A DNA stretch of 64,000 bases, taken from Flavobacteriales bacterium. GTDB taxonomy: Bacteria; Bacteroidota; Bacteroidia; Flavobacteriales; Flavobacteriaceae. Below the pieces are notes generated by a model. That model ran no database searches and was not told the DNA's origin. It was given only the letters and a program-made list of their open reading frames with translations. The stretch spans positions 4,305 through 68,304 of the forward strand of contig QOQB01000008.1 of assembly GCA_003331305.1 (NCBI GenBank), read 5' to 3'. This document shows positions 21,208-30,739 of this stretch, piece by piece. Position 1 is the first letter of the stretch. Every line of letters starts with the position of its first letter. Made by a program: the position numbers and the translations under genes.

Positions 21208-22056
21208 ATGCACAAAAACGAATATAACACGATTGTTGTTGGTGTGGCGTTTTCGCCAAACTTAAAGGCCAATGTTTTTGAGGCACTTCGTATGAGCATC
21301 TTGTTTGATGCTTCTCTGGTGATGGTGCATGTAGGTGAAAAAAGCACTACGAAAGAAACTGCACTTCAAAAAATTATCGCTGATTTTCCGCAATCGCTTC
21401 CGAAATATACTGTGTTGTGGAAAGCTGGACAGCCTGCTGAAGTGTTGCTAAACGCCTGTGCAGATGAACATGCTGATTTGCTTATTTTGGGTGCACTTCA
21501 GCGTGAAGGCCTGTTAAAATACTACATTGGTTCTGTAGCAAGGAAGCTTACCCGAAAATGTACTTGTGATGTTTTGTTATTAATAAAACCTGCTGTCGAG
21601 CGCCTTCCTTGTTCTTTTGCTGTTGTCAATGGGTTGGCACATGAAAAAACAGAGGCGGCTATAGCACGCGCTTTTTATGTATTGCACGCGCTTGGGGCAA
21701 CTCGTCTTACTATTGTAGAAGAAATTTCCGAGGATGCTGTTGCGGTTAAGGTTGATGACGATCGAGGGCTGAGAAAATCTACTATTGTCAAGGAGCGCAT
21801 AACGCTTCGTGAGGGCTCTAGAGTTAAAAAGATCTTAAGCCAAGTGCCCGAGAAATTAAAACGTGCAGTTGCACATGATGTGCAGCCTATTTTTGGGCGG
21901 CGCGGTTATTCTATTGGCCATTTTGCCCGGGTAAAACGTGCCGATTTATTAGTGCTAAATGCACCTCAAAAACACTCGGTATGGGACCGTTTATTTCCAC
22001 ACGATTTAGAGTATATTTTGTCTGATTTGCCCACTGATGTTTTAATTGTTCGCTAA
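21208..22056 (+). CDS. Universal stress protein (tandem UspA domains)
   Basis: 282 aa with two USP-like halves (...VMVHV..., ...DLLILGA..., ...VLLI...). The stop abuts the SulP start. Confidence 0.7.
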   Translation: MHKNEYNTIVVGVAFSPNLKANVFEALRMSILFDASLVMVHVGEKSTTKETALQKIIADFPQSLPKYTVLWKAGQPAEVLLNACADEHADLLILGALQREGLLKYYIGSVARKLTRKCTCDVLLLIKPAVERLPCSFAVVNGLAHEKTEAAIARAFYVLHALGATRLTIVEEISEDAVAVKVDDDRGLRKSTIVKERITLREGSRVKKILSQVPEKLKRAVAHDVQPIFGRRGYSIGHFARVKRADLLVLNAPQKHSVWDRLFPHDLEYILSDLPTDVLIVR

Positions 22057-24248
22057 TGGTAAAATCAAGTGTCTTTGCTGGTCTTCACAGAAACATCTTT
22101 GCTGGTTTCGTGGTGTCGCTTATTGCGTTGCCGTTGGCGCTTGGGTTGGCAGTGGCATCTGGTTTTCCTATGGTGGCGGGTATCGTTACTGCTGTTGTGG
22201 GCGGCGTGCTTGTTTCTGTTTTTGGGGGGTCTCATGTTACCATTACTGGCCCTGGCTACGGATTGGTGGTCGTGCTGCTTAGTGCCGTTGCGGTGTTGGG
22301 TGAGGGCGATATGCAGGCCGGGTACTTGTATGCGTTGTCCGCTGTTGTTTTTTCTGGAGGGTTGCTGTTGATTTTTGGGTTTTTGCGTTTTGGTGCGCTA
22401 AGTGATTTTTTTCCTGCTAGCGCTATTCAAGGTATGCTGTCGGCGATCGGCGTAACGCTTTTGGTAAAGCAGTTTTACGTGATGCTTGGTGATATGAAAA
22501 CCAAGGGCACAGTTCTTGAGCTTCTAGCGGGGATCCCTGATTTGATAAAATCCCTTTCGTTTGCTTCTCCGGGTCAGCTTTATGCTGTAAGCATTGGTGT
22601 AATCAGCTTGTTGATTATGTTTTTCTATAGCAAAATAACCAATCGTGTGTTTAGGCTTATTCCGGCGCCGATGTGGGTTATATTGTTAGCGCTAGGATTT
22701 GATGTCTATTTCGCTGTTTTGGGTGGAGAAAACCCAATAAACAACAAGCTTCTTATATCCTTGCCAAACGATATGTTAACCTCAGTCCCATCACCTGATT
22801 TTTCCAAGTGGAAAGAGCCTGTTTTTTGGGGGATTGTTTTGTCCGTAACCTTGGTTTCGAGCATCGAGTCGTTATTGAGTATAAAGGCTGTTGATAAGCT
22901 TGATCCTGAAAAACGACGGTCTAACATCAATAAAGACATGAGGGCGTTGGGCATTGCAACTATTGTTAGTGGGTTTTTGGGAGGAATGAATGTTGGAACC
23001 GTTATTTCTAGGAGCTCTGTTAACGTAAACAACCAAGCAACAAACCGTTCTTCGAACTTTTTCCATGCTCTTTTTCTTTTATCATTCGTTATCGTTTTTC
23101 AAGACCAGCTCGGTAAAATACCTTTTACCGCTTTAGCGGCCATTTTGGTTTACACGGGCTATAAGCTTACCGCTCCTGCCATTTTTGTCCGCATGTATCA
23201 GATTGGTAAAGAGCAATTATTTATTTTTCTTACAACGCTTATTGTTACGCTGATTACTGATTTAATTTCGGGGATTTTAATTGGTTTGCTTGCCACATTT
23301 GTGGTTCATGTGGTGCTTAACAAAGCATTTTGGTTGTTTTCGCGAAACTTGCTAAAGCCAAATGTCCTGATGTATAAAGAGTCTGAAACGCAAAGCTATT
23401 ATGTGGGGGTGATTCACTTTTGTACGTTTTTGAACTTTTATAAGCTCAAATCGAAATTGGATAAAGTTCCTCAGTCGGAAAAAGTGGTGATCGACTTTTC
23501 GCTTTGCTCCTTTGTAGACCACACGGTACAAGAAAGTTTGCATAGTTATGAAGAGCTTTTTTTGCGCAAAGGCGGTGTGGTTGAAATAATCGGATTGGAT
23601 GTTCATCAAACCGATTCAAGTCATCCTTTTGCCGTGCGAACGTTGCGCCCAATGCAAAATTTACGGGTTTTTGGTGGCGGAAAAACAAGGCGCCAACAGC
23701 AACTGGAAGCGCTAGCGGAGCAAAAAGGATGGTCTTACAAGGCTTCGCCAAAATTTCAAAAACACCTTCTTCGTGATCATTTGGGCTACGAAACCACTGC
23801 CGTTGAGCGTGTGTACAACAAACTGTCAAACACAAGCAAGGGGATTTCTTTATTTGATGTAAAGTACTCCGAAGGGGTGTTTATTGCCAAGGAAAGTATA
23901 CAAACCACCCTTTTATGTGTACGCCTTAAAAATCCTGCGCCTGTGTTTTCGTTTGATAGAGAAATGCTGATCGAAAAACTATCGCATTTGGCGGGTTTTC
24001 ACGACATAGACTTTCCGGAGTACCCTGCGTTTTCTGACGACTTTTATGTACGCGGCAACAACCCCGAAAAAGTGCATTTGTTTTTTACACCCGAGCTGAT
24101 TTCTTTCTTTTCTGCATACGGGTTTTACCATATTATGTGTAATGGTAAAGAGTTGGTTGTTCGTCAATTTTTAAGGCCTGCTACACCCGCTGAAGCAACG
24201 GCTATGATTGAGTTTGGCCTATCGCTTAAGAAAAAAATAGACGAGTAA
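22056..24248 (+). CDS. SulP-family anion transporter with STAS domain and a 212-aa uncharacterised C-terminal extension
   Basis: 730 aa. Multi-TM SulP core, a STAS-like segment (...VVIDFSLCSFVDHTVQESL...EIIGLD), then 212 residues I cannot assign. Confidence 0.8.
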   Translation: MVKSSVFAGLHRNIFAGFVVSLIALPLALGLAVASGFPMVAGIVTAVVGGVLVSVFGGSHVTITGPGYGLVVVLLSAVAVLGEGDMQAGYLYALSAVVFSGGLLLIFGFLRFGALSDFFPASAIQGMLSAIGVTLLVKQFYVMLGDMKTKGTVLELLAGIPDLIKSLSFASPGQLYAVSIGVISLLIMFFYSKITNRVFRLIPAPMWVILLALGFDVYFAVLGGENPINNKLLISLPNDMLTSVPSPDFSKWKEPVFWGIVLSVTLVSSIESLLSIKAVDKLDPEKRRSNINKDMRALGIATIVSGFLGGMNVGTVISRSSVNVNNQATNRSSNFFHALFLLSFVIVFQDQLGKIPFTALAAILVYTGYKLTAPAIFVRMYQIGKEQLFIFLTTLIVTLITDLISGILIGLLATFVVHVVLNKAFWLFSRNLLKPNVLMYKESETQSYYVGVIHFCTFLNFYKLKSKLDKVPQSEKVVIDFSLCSFVDHTVQESLHSYEELFLRKGGVVEIIGLDVHQTDSSHPFAVRTLRPMQNLRVFGGGKTRRQQQLEALAEQKGWSYKASPKFQKHLLRDHLGYETTAVERVYNKLSNTSKGISLFDVKYSEGVFIAKESIQTTLLCVRLKNPAPVFSFDREMLIEKLSHLAGFHDIDFPEYPAFSDDFYVRGNNPEKVHLFFTPELISFFSAYGFYHIMCNGKELVVRQFLRPATPAEATAMIEFGLSLKKKIDE

Positions 24249-24270
24249 ATCTTTTGTACATTCGTTGTGT

Positions 24271-25134
24271 ATGACGCTTCATGCTATAGAAACAGGAAAT
24301 TTTAAGTTAGATGGCGGCGCTATGTTTGGTGTTGTGCCAAAAGCTTTGTGGAGCAGAACCAACCCTGCTGATAATAAAAACCGCATTGAGCTTGCCGCGC
24401 GCTCTTTGTTAATTGAAGATGGAAATCGTCTTATTTTAATCGATACGGGCATGGGAAACAAACAGGGCCAGAAGTTTTTTAGTTACTTTGACCTTTGGGG
24501 AAATCATTCGCTAGATAAATCGCTGCAAGAGGCGGGGTTTTCAAGAGCAGATATTACCGACGTGTTTTTAACTCATTTACACTTTGACCATTGTGGTGGT
24601 GCGGTGCGCTGGAACAAAAACCAAACCGGTTATGAGTTGACTTTTCCCAATGCTACGTACTGGAGTAATGAAGCGCATTGGGAGTGGGCCACACAACCAA
24701 ACGCAAGAGAAAAAGCGTCGTTTTTGTCTGAAAACTTATTGCCGATTCAAGAAAGTGGACAATTAAAATTTGTCCGTGTGCCAGAAACTACCTTTGCTGC
24801 TGAGAGCGAGCTTGGTTTTGGTGTTTTGTTTGTGAACGGCCACACAGAAAAACAAATGATACCACATATCTCATATAACGGAAAAACTCTTGTTTTTGCT
24901 GCTGACCTTTTGCCAACGATTGGGCATTTGCCGTTGCCGTATATTATGGGATATGATGTCCGTCCGCTTGAAACGCTCAAAGAAAAAGATATGTTTCTAA
25001 CAAATGCCGTAAACAATAATTTTGTTCTTTTTTTGCAGCACGACACAAACAATCCTTTAATTACCTTGCAACACACTGACAGAGGAGTCCGTTTGTTGGA
25101 CTCTTTACCTGTTGAATCTTTAAATTCTTTATAA
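24271..25134 (+). CDS. MBL-fold metallo-hydrolase
   Basis: HxHxDH motif THLHFDHCGG. ATG 24271 is preferred to the TTG at 24265. Confidence 0.85.
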   Translation: MTLHAIETGNFKLDGGAMFGVVPKALWSRTNPADNKNRIELAARSLLIEDGNRLILIDTGMGNKQGQKFFSYFDLWGNHSLDKSLQEAGFSRADITDVFLTHLHFDHCGGAVRWNKNQTGYELTFPNATYWSNEAHWEWATQPNAREKASFLSENLLPIQESGQLKFVRVPETTFAAESELGFGVLFVNGHTEKQMIPHISYNGKTLVFAADLLPTIGHLPLPYIMGYDVRPLETLKEKDMFLTNAVNNNFVLFLQHDTNNPLITLQHTDRGVRLLDSLPVESLNSL

Positions 25135-25137
25135 ACT

Positions 25138-26952
25138 ATGAAAGCCCTATTCTTTTTGTTGTTTTGTACCGTTGTTTTGGCCCAGCCAAAACCGGGATAT
25201 TGGCAACAACACGTTAGCTATACTATGGATGTGGCTATTGACGTTAAAGCGTTTCGTTACACAGGAACGCAAGATTTGATCTATACAAACAAATCTCCCG
25301 ATACGCTAAAGCGTGTTTTTTACCATTTGTATTTCAATGCTTTTCAGCCCAACAGCGAAATGGATGTGCGGTCACGCTCGATTGTTGATCCAGACGTTCG
25401 TGTTGGTGCGCGTATCGAAAAATTAAGTCCCGATGAAATCGGGTATTTACACGCAACCACGCTTCATCAAGACGGCGTTTCCTTGTCTTTTCAAGAAGAG
25501 GAAACCCTTCTGGTTGTGCCCTTGGCAACGCCTTTGGTTCCTGGCGCCAGCACTACGCTTACTATGCGTTTTGAAGGGCAAGTGCCTAAGCAGATTCGTA
25601 GAAGTGGGCGTAACAGCGAAGAGGGAGTTGCGCTATCCATGACACAATGGTACCCCAAATTGGCAGAATACGATCATGAGGGGTGGCACACGAACCCTTA
25701 CATTGGGCGAGAATTTCACGGCGTGTGGGGAGACTTTGATGTGAAGCTTACCCTTGACAAGCGATACGTGGTTGGCGGAACTGGATATTTGCAAAATCCT
25801 GCAGAAGTAGGGCACGGCTATGCTGAGAAAATGAAAAAAACCAAAGGCAAAACCTTAACGTGGCATTTTGTTGCGCCAAATGTTCACGATTTTGCTTGGG
25901 CTGCTGACCCGGATTATATTCACGACACGCTGGAAGCAGACAGCGGGGTCACGCTTCACTTTTTTTATAAAAACAATCCAAAAATTATTGAAAACTGGAA
26001 GCGCTTACAGCCTGATACTGCGAAACTTTTATCCTTTTTTAACAATGCCATTGGGCCATACCCTTACAAGCAATATACGGTTTTGCAAGGTGGTGACGGA
26101 GGCATGGAATATGCGATGTGCACTTTGATAACAGGTGAGCGAACTTACCCGAGTTTGTATGGCGTTACTTCGCACGAATTGGCACACTCTTGGTTTCAAC
26201 ACGTTTTAGCTTTTAATGAATCCAAATATGCGTGGATGGACGAAGGGTTTACCGTTTTTCTAGACGCTTTGGGAGAACAAAGCTTGAATGGAAACATGGC
26301 CGCTTTTGCGCCAGCTTACGAAGATTATCGGCAAGTCGTGGCTGATGGCTTAGAAGAGCCGCTTACTACACATGCTGACCGATTTGACACCAATACTGCA
26401 TATCGCACAGGAAGCTATGACAAAGGGGCTGTTTTCCTAAGTCAATTGGCTTATGTCATAGGGCCCGAGGCTGTGATAAAATCTTTACGGTTGTTCTACA
26501 AAGAATTTGCGTTTACGCACCCAACGCCAAACGACTTTAAACGCATTGCTGAGAAAGCTTCTGGTATTCAGCTGGAGTGGTACCTCAACGACTGGACGCG
26601 CACGACAAATGTTATAGACTACAACATAAAAAGTGTCACTAATAAGGGAGCGCAAACTGAGGTTGTGTTAGAGCGTGTCGGCGGTATGGGAATGCCTATC
26701 GATTTAGGTGTGTTATATAAAAACGGAGAGCAGGCCGTACATTACATCCCACTGCAAATGATGTTTGGAGAAAAACCCCCGCTGGCTGGTATTTCGAACT
26801 GGGCGGTCGAGGAAGATTGGGCTTGGGCGCGCCCTATTTATACCCTCTTAATAGACGCGCCTTTGGAAGAAATTTCACAGCTGCGTATTGACCCAACGGG
26901 ACTAATGGCAGATATTGACTTAAGTAATAATGTTTTCGAGAACACCAAATGA
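25138..26952 (+). CDS. M1-family zinc metallopeptidase (aminopeptidase N-like)
   Basis: 604 aa. Signal peptide, HEXXH (HELAHSWF) and a downstream Glu in WMDEGF. Confidence 0.88.
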   Translation: MKALFFLLFCTVVLAQPKPGYWQQHVSYTMDVAIDVKAFRYTGTQDLIYTNKSPDTLKRVFYHLYFNAFQPNSEMDVRSRSIVDPDVRVGARIEKLSPDEIGYLHATTLHQDGVSLSFQEEETLLVVPLATPLVPGASTTLTMRFEGQVPKQIRRSGRNSEEGVALSMTQWYPKLAEYDHEGWHTNPYIGREFHGVWGDFDVKLTLDKRYVVGGTGYLQNPAEVGHGYAEKMKKTKGKTLTWHFVAPNVHDFAWAADPDYIHDTLEADSGVTLHFFYKNNPKIIENWKRLQPDTAKLLSFFNNAIGPYPYKQYTVLQGGDGGMEYAMCTLITGERTYPSLYGVTSHELAHSWFQHVLAFNESKYAWMDEGFTVFLDALGEQSLNGNMAAFAPAYEDYRQVVADGLEEPLTTHADRFDTNTAYRTGSYDKGAVFLSQLAYVIGPEAVIKSLRLFYKEFAFTHPTPNDFKRIAEKASGIQLEWYLNDWTRTTNVIDYNIKSVTNKGAQTEVVLERVGGMGMPIDLGVLYKNGEQAVHYIPLQMMFGEKPPLAGISNWAVEEDWAWARPIYTLLIDAPLEEISQLRIDPTGLMADIDLSNNVFENTK

Positions 26953-27298
26953 AATAACTCGCCTTAAAAGTAAAAAAGCCATTGAACTGCTTTTTGCTGA
27001 AGGCGTACACATTAGAAAAAAACCATTAAAGCTTGTTTACAGAGCGGATGAATATGAAACCCTGGCGCTAGGCTTTGGTGTTTCTAAGCGGTTATTTCCC
27101 AAAGCGGTTGATCGAAACAGGATTAAACGGCTAATGCGAGAACAATTTAAACAGCTGCGCTGCCAAGAGGATTACAGCGTGTTTTTTGGTGTTGGTTATT
27201 TTGTGTTTGAGGGAAAGGAGTTGCCTTCATTGCTAGAGCTAAAAGAACCCATGACGTTCCTTGTGTCTAAATGGTCTACCGCGGAGGAAGCACCATAG
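26930..27298 (+). CDS. rnpA: Ribonuclease P protein component
   Basis: 122 aa basic protein with motif KAVDRNRIKRLMRE. Overlaps the peptidase 3' end by 23 nt. Confidence 0.8.
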   Translation: MFSRTPNEITRLKSKKAIELLFAEGVHIRKKPLKLVYRADEYETLALGFGVSKRLFPKAVDRNRIKRLMREQFKQLRCQEDYSVFFGVGYFVFEGKELPSLLELKEPMTFLVSKWSTAEEAP

Positions 27299-27710
27299 GT
27301 ATGTGTGGAATGCCGTCTTCCAGATACCCTTTTCCAGACTGGGAAAAACCTAACGATTCATAAAAACCTTTCAAATGTTCTTGAGCAGAAATGAAGATTT
27401 CTTTTGTTTCTGGCACAGCGGTTATACTTTTTTGCATTAATTTTTTTCCCAGTGCTTTTCCTCGATATTTTGGATGAACGACTAACCTACCGACAATGCA
27501 AGGGCTTTCATTTAAAAAAACACGTGCATATCCAATTAATTTGTTTTCTTCGAACAAACAGAGATGTAAAGCAGATTCATCTTTACCGTCTGGATCTAAA
27601 TACGCGCAGTTTTGCTCCACGACAAAAACTTCGGCGCGAAGCGCCAAAATACGATAAAGAATTTCTGGTGTGAGGTCTTTCCAGGGTAAAGCCCGCCAGC
27701 TTAGCAGCAT
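27276..27710 (-). CDS. GNAT-family N-acetyltransferase (ElaA-like)
   Basis: 144 aa. Acetyl-CoA binding motif VHPKYRGKALGKKLM. Confidence 0.8.
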   Translation of the reverse strand: MLLSWRALPWKDLTPEILYRILALRAEVFVVEQNCAYLDPDGKDESALHLCLFEENKLIGYARVFLNESPCIVGRLVVHPKYRGKALGKKLMQKSITAVPETKEIFISAQEHLKGFYESLGFSQSGKGYLEDGIPHIPMVLPPR

Positions 27711-28135
27711 TGCGATATTTTTTTTACTCGCTGCTCATGTCTTCCGCCTTCAAAGTCAGTGGTTAAGAAGGCTTTGACCATATTTTTTGCTACTTGTACA
27801 GAAACAAAACGTGCTGGGATACTTAAAATATTTGCATTATTGTGTTGGCGAGACAATGTGCTTAACTCTGCAGTCCAACATAGAGCTGAGCGTATTTCTG
27901 GATATTTATTTGCTGTCATGTTTGCTCCATTTCCACTTCCGCAAATAATAATTCCCCGGTCTGCTTTGCCATCCCTTACATCTGTCGCTACTGGGTGAAT
28001 AAAATCAGGGTAATCTACACTTTCGGTTGTGTCTGTGCCATGGTTATGATAAGTATGTCCCAATTTTGTGAGTAATACATAAAGTTCTTTTTTTAACTCT
28101 GGGCCAGCGTGATCGTTGCCAATTGCAATGTGCAT
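27701..28135 (-). CDS. rpiB: Ribose-5-phosphate isomerase B
   Basis: 144 aa. Motifs MHIAIGNDHAG and IIICGSGNGANM. Confidence 0.9.
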   Translation of the reverse strand: MHIAIGNDHAGPELKKELYVLLTKLGHTYHNHGTDTTESVDYPDFIHPVATDVRDGKADRGIIICGSGNGANMTANKYPEIRSALCWTAELSTLSRQHNNANILSIPARFVSVQVAKNMVKAFLTTDFEGGRHEQRVKKISQCC

Positions 28136-28409
28136 GTGATTAAATTTAGGTCTAAATTACAATATTATTATTGTTCATAAACAAGATGTGTATAGGTTGA
28201 TATAAATTAAATGAGGTAAACAATTATGTTAGCTTCTTTTAATAATTAACGAGAAAGTTTTGATGAAAAAAGACGTTATAAAATTAAAGCAGTTAAACAA
28301 TAATTTTTATCGCTTATTATCGAAATGTAATTCACGGTTTTATGTGTATTATTAACAAATATTTTTGCTTTTGCGTGTGGTTAAATGCTTCGTTTATAAA
28401 TGTTTATAT

Positions 28410-28423
28410 ATTAAAATTAAAAG
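28410..28423 (+). repeat. 14-nt AT-rich direct repeat ATTAAAATTAAAAG, copy 1
   Basis: An identical 14-mer recurs at 28466-28479 (56-bp spacing) inside the 413-bp AT-rich rpiB/rnr intergenic region. Confidence 0.7.
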
Positions 28424-28465
28424 TTATTGTGTTTATAAACACCCTATCATAATCATCATTTGTAA

Positions 28466-28479
28466 ATTAAAATTAAAAG
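28466..28479 (+). repeat. 14-nt AT-rich direct repeat ATTAAAATTAAAAG, copy 2
   Basis: Identical to 28410-28423. A degenerate third copy (TATAAAATTAAAG) lies near 28277-28289. Confidence 0.7.
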
Positions 28480-28535
28480 AAATTATAGATGATTAATTAA
28501 CATGTGAATAACTGTTTGGGTGAGAATAGAAACAG

Positions 28536-28543
28536 TACCTTTG
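28536..28543 (+). promoter_or_regulatory. -7 promoter box TACCTTTG (rnr)
   Basis: TAnnTTTG 6 nt upstream of ATG 28549. Confidence 0.4.
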
Positions 28544-28548
28544 TTTAC

Positions 28549-30714
28549 ATGGGTAAAAAAAAGAAAGTGCAAACGGTACAAAAAAGTATTTTAAATCTTT
28601 TTGACCAATACCCCACAAAGACGTTTACATACAAGCAAATAGCTGCGCGTTTAGGAGTAACTGATCCAAGCGGAAGAAACCATATAATAAAAAGCTTAAA
28701 GAAGCTAGCTGAGAGAAAAATAATAGTGCAAGAATCTCGCGGTAGCTATAAATCTAAACAACGAAAAAATTACCACGAGGGTATTTTAGATTTATCAGGG
28801 AAAGGTGTTGGTTACATCATTTCAGAAAAATTTGAAGATGATCTTATTGTTACTTCAAATCAATTTAACAAAGCTTTTAGTGGCGATACTGTTCTTTTTT
28901 ATGCATACCCAGGACGAGGAAAAAAAAGAAGAGAAGCAAAAATTATAGAAGTTGTTTCTAGGAAAAGCAATCAGTTTGTTGGCACTCTTCAGAAAAAGAA
29001 TGGGACGCTATTTGTACGAGTCAGTTCAAAAATATCACCGGTTGATTTTTTTATAGAAGCCACGCCAAAAATGAAAACAGAAGATGGCGACCGCGTTCTT
29101 ATTTCCTTTACGCAATGGAAGGAAACTAAATCTCCTCAAGCAACAATTGAAGAAGTACTAGGCGCACCAGGAGAAACAGACACAGAAATGCACACCATCC
29201 TAGCAGAATATGGTCTTCCTTATAAGTTTGATTATCATATTGAAGCAGAAGCCAATCAAATTGATATTCATTTAGACAAGGAAGAAATAAAGCGGAGAAT
29301 GGATTACAGAGATGTACTTACATTCACGATAGATCCGACAGATGCAAAAGATTTTGATGATGCTTTGTCTTTCAAAACCTTACCAGAAGGATTATTCGAG
29401 GTGGGAATTCATATTGCGGATGTATCTCATTATGTTAAACCAGGAACACTTCTAGACGACGAAGCATATCAGCGGGGAACATCTGTTTATTTGGTAGATA
29501 GAGTTGTTCCTATGTTACCAGAACAACTATCCAATAAAGTGTGTTCACTACGCCCAAACGAAGAAAAATTCACATTTTCTGCTATTTTCACCTTAGATGC
29601 TTTTGGAAATATTAAAGAACAAAAGTTTGGACGAACTGTAATTAATTCCAATTATCGTTTTGCCTATCACGAGGCACAGCATATTATTGAAACAGAAAAG
29701 GGAGAAATTCCAGCAAATATTTCTCTGACATCCAAAGGATATACAACAAACCAGCAGGTTGTAGAAGCCATTTTACAGCTCGACAAAACAGCAAAAGTTT
29801 TACGTAAAAAACGAATGCAAAGCGGTGCTATATCTTTTGATAAAGAAGAAGTTAAATTCAAGTTAGACGAAAACCAGCAACCTACAGATGTTTTTGTAAA
29901 AACAAGCAAAGATGCGAATAAACTGATTGAAGAATATATGTTGCTTGCAAACAAAAAAGTGTCCGAGTTTGTTGCGAAACAAGACCCCAAAAAGACCTTT
30001 GTTTTTCGGGTTCACGATGAACCCGATGAGGCAAAACTAGATCAACTTAAGCGGGTGATTGGAAGTTTTGGATATTCTTTGAATTTAGCTTCTGCAGAGT
30101 CAACAGCACACTCCATAAATAAATTGCTAAAAGATATCCGCAACAAAAGAGAACAAAACCTTATTGACACACTCACAATTAGAAGCATGAGCAAAGCAAT
30201 ATATACCACCCAAAATATTGGTCATTACGGCTTGGCTTTTGATTACTATACTCATTTTACTTCCCCTATTCGCCGCTATCCGGACGTTGTAGCTCACAGG
30301 TTGTTACAGCATTATTTAAGTAATAACAAACCACCCAAACAAGAAACGTATGAATCCTTAATGAAGCATTGCTCGTCTAGAGAAATTCTTTCTACAAAAG
30401 CGGAGCGAGACTCTATTAAGTTTATGCAAGTAAAGTACATGGAAAAACACATCGAGGAAGAATTCACAGGCGTGATCTCAGGTGTGGTAGAACGTGGAAT
30501 TTATGTAGAGCTTGAGGGAAATAAATGCGAGGGTATGGCACGACCTCAAGATTTTCCAGGCGATTATTATGTATATGATGAAATGAACTATGCCTTTGTT
30601 GGTGAAAAAACAAAGAAATCATATCAACTCGGGGACAAGGTTTTGGTTCGCGTAACAGCAGCAGATCCGATTAAGAGACACTTAGATTTTGTGCTTTTAG
30701 GGCACACAGAATAA
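28549..30714 (+). CDS. rnr: Ribonuclease R
   Basis: RNB catalytic motif FTIDPTDAKDFDDALS and a C-terminal S1 domain. ATG 28549 (MGKKKK...) is preferred; the ORF-track start at 28504 lies upstream of the -7 box. Confidence 0.9.
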   Translation: MGKKKKVQTVQKSILNLFDQYPTKTFTYKQIAARLGVTDPSGRNHIIKSLKKLAERKIIVQESRGSYKSKQRKNYHEGILDLSGKGVGYIISEKFEDDLIVTSNQFNKAFSGDTVLFYAYPGRGKKRREAKIIEVVSRKSNQFVGTLQKKNGTLFVRVSSKISPVDFFIEATPKMKTEDGDRVLISFTQWKETKSPQATIEEVLGAPGETDTEMHTILAEYGLPYKFDYHIEAEANQIDIHLDKEEIKRRMDYRDVLTFTIDPTDAKDFDDALSFKTLPEGLFEVGIHIADVSHYVKPGTLLDDEAYQRGTSVYLVDRVVPMLPEQLSNKVCSLRPNEEKFTFSAIFTLDAFGNIKEQKFGRTVINSNYRFAYHEAQHIIETEKGEIPANISLTSKGYTTNQQVVEAILQLDKTAKVLRKKRMQSGAISFDKEEVKFKLDENQQPTDVFVKTSKDANKLIEEYMLLANKKVSEFVAKQDPKKTFVFRVHDEPDEAKLDQLKRVIGSFGYSLNLASAESTAHSINKLLKDIRNKREQNLIDTLTIRSMSKAIYTTQNIGHYGLAFDYYTHFTSPIRRYPDVVAHRLLQHYLSNNKPPKQETYESLMKHCSSREILSTKAERDSIKFMQVKYMEKHIEEEFTGVISGVVERGIYVELEGNKCEGMARPQDFPGDYYVYDEMNYAFVGEKTKKSYQLGDKVLVRVTAADPIKRHLDFVLLGHTE

Positions 30715-30739
30715 ATTGTATATTTGATAAAACCATTTT

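Noticed and set aside
28263-28355. 30-codon small ORF (MKKDVIKLKQLNNNFYRLLSKCNSRFYVYY) in the AT-rich rpiB/rnr spacer
   Set aside because: No -7 box lies directly upstream and there is no recognisable family. An ORF of this length can arise by chance across six frames of 400 bp. It is kept only as a possibility within the intergenic-region finding.
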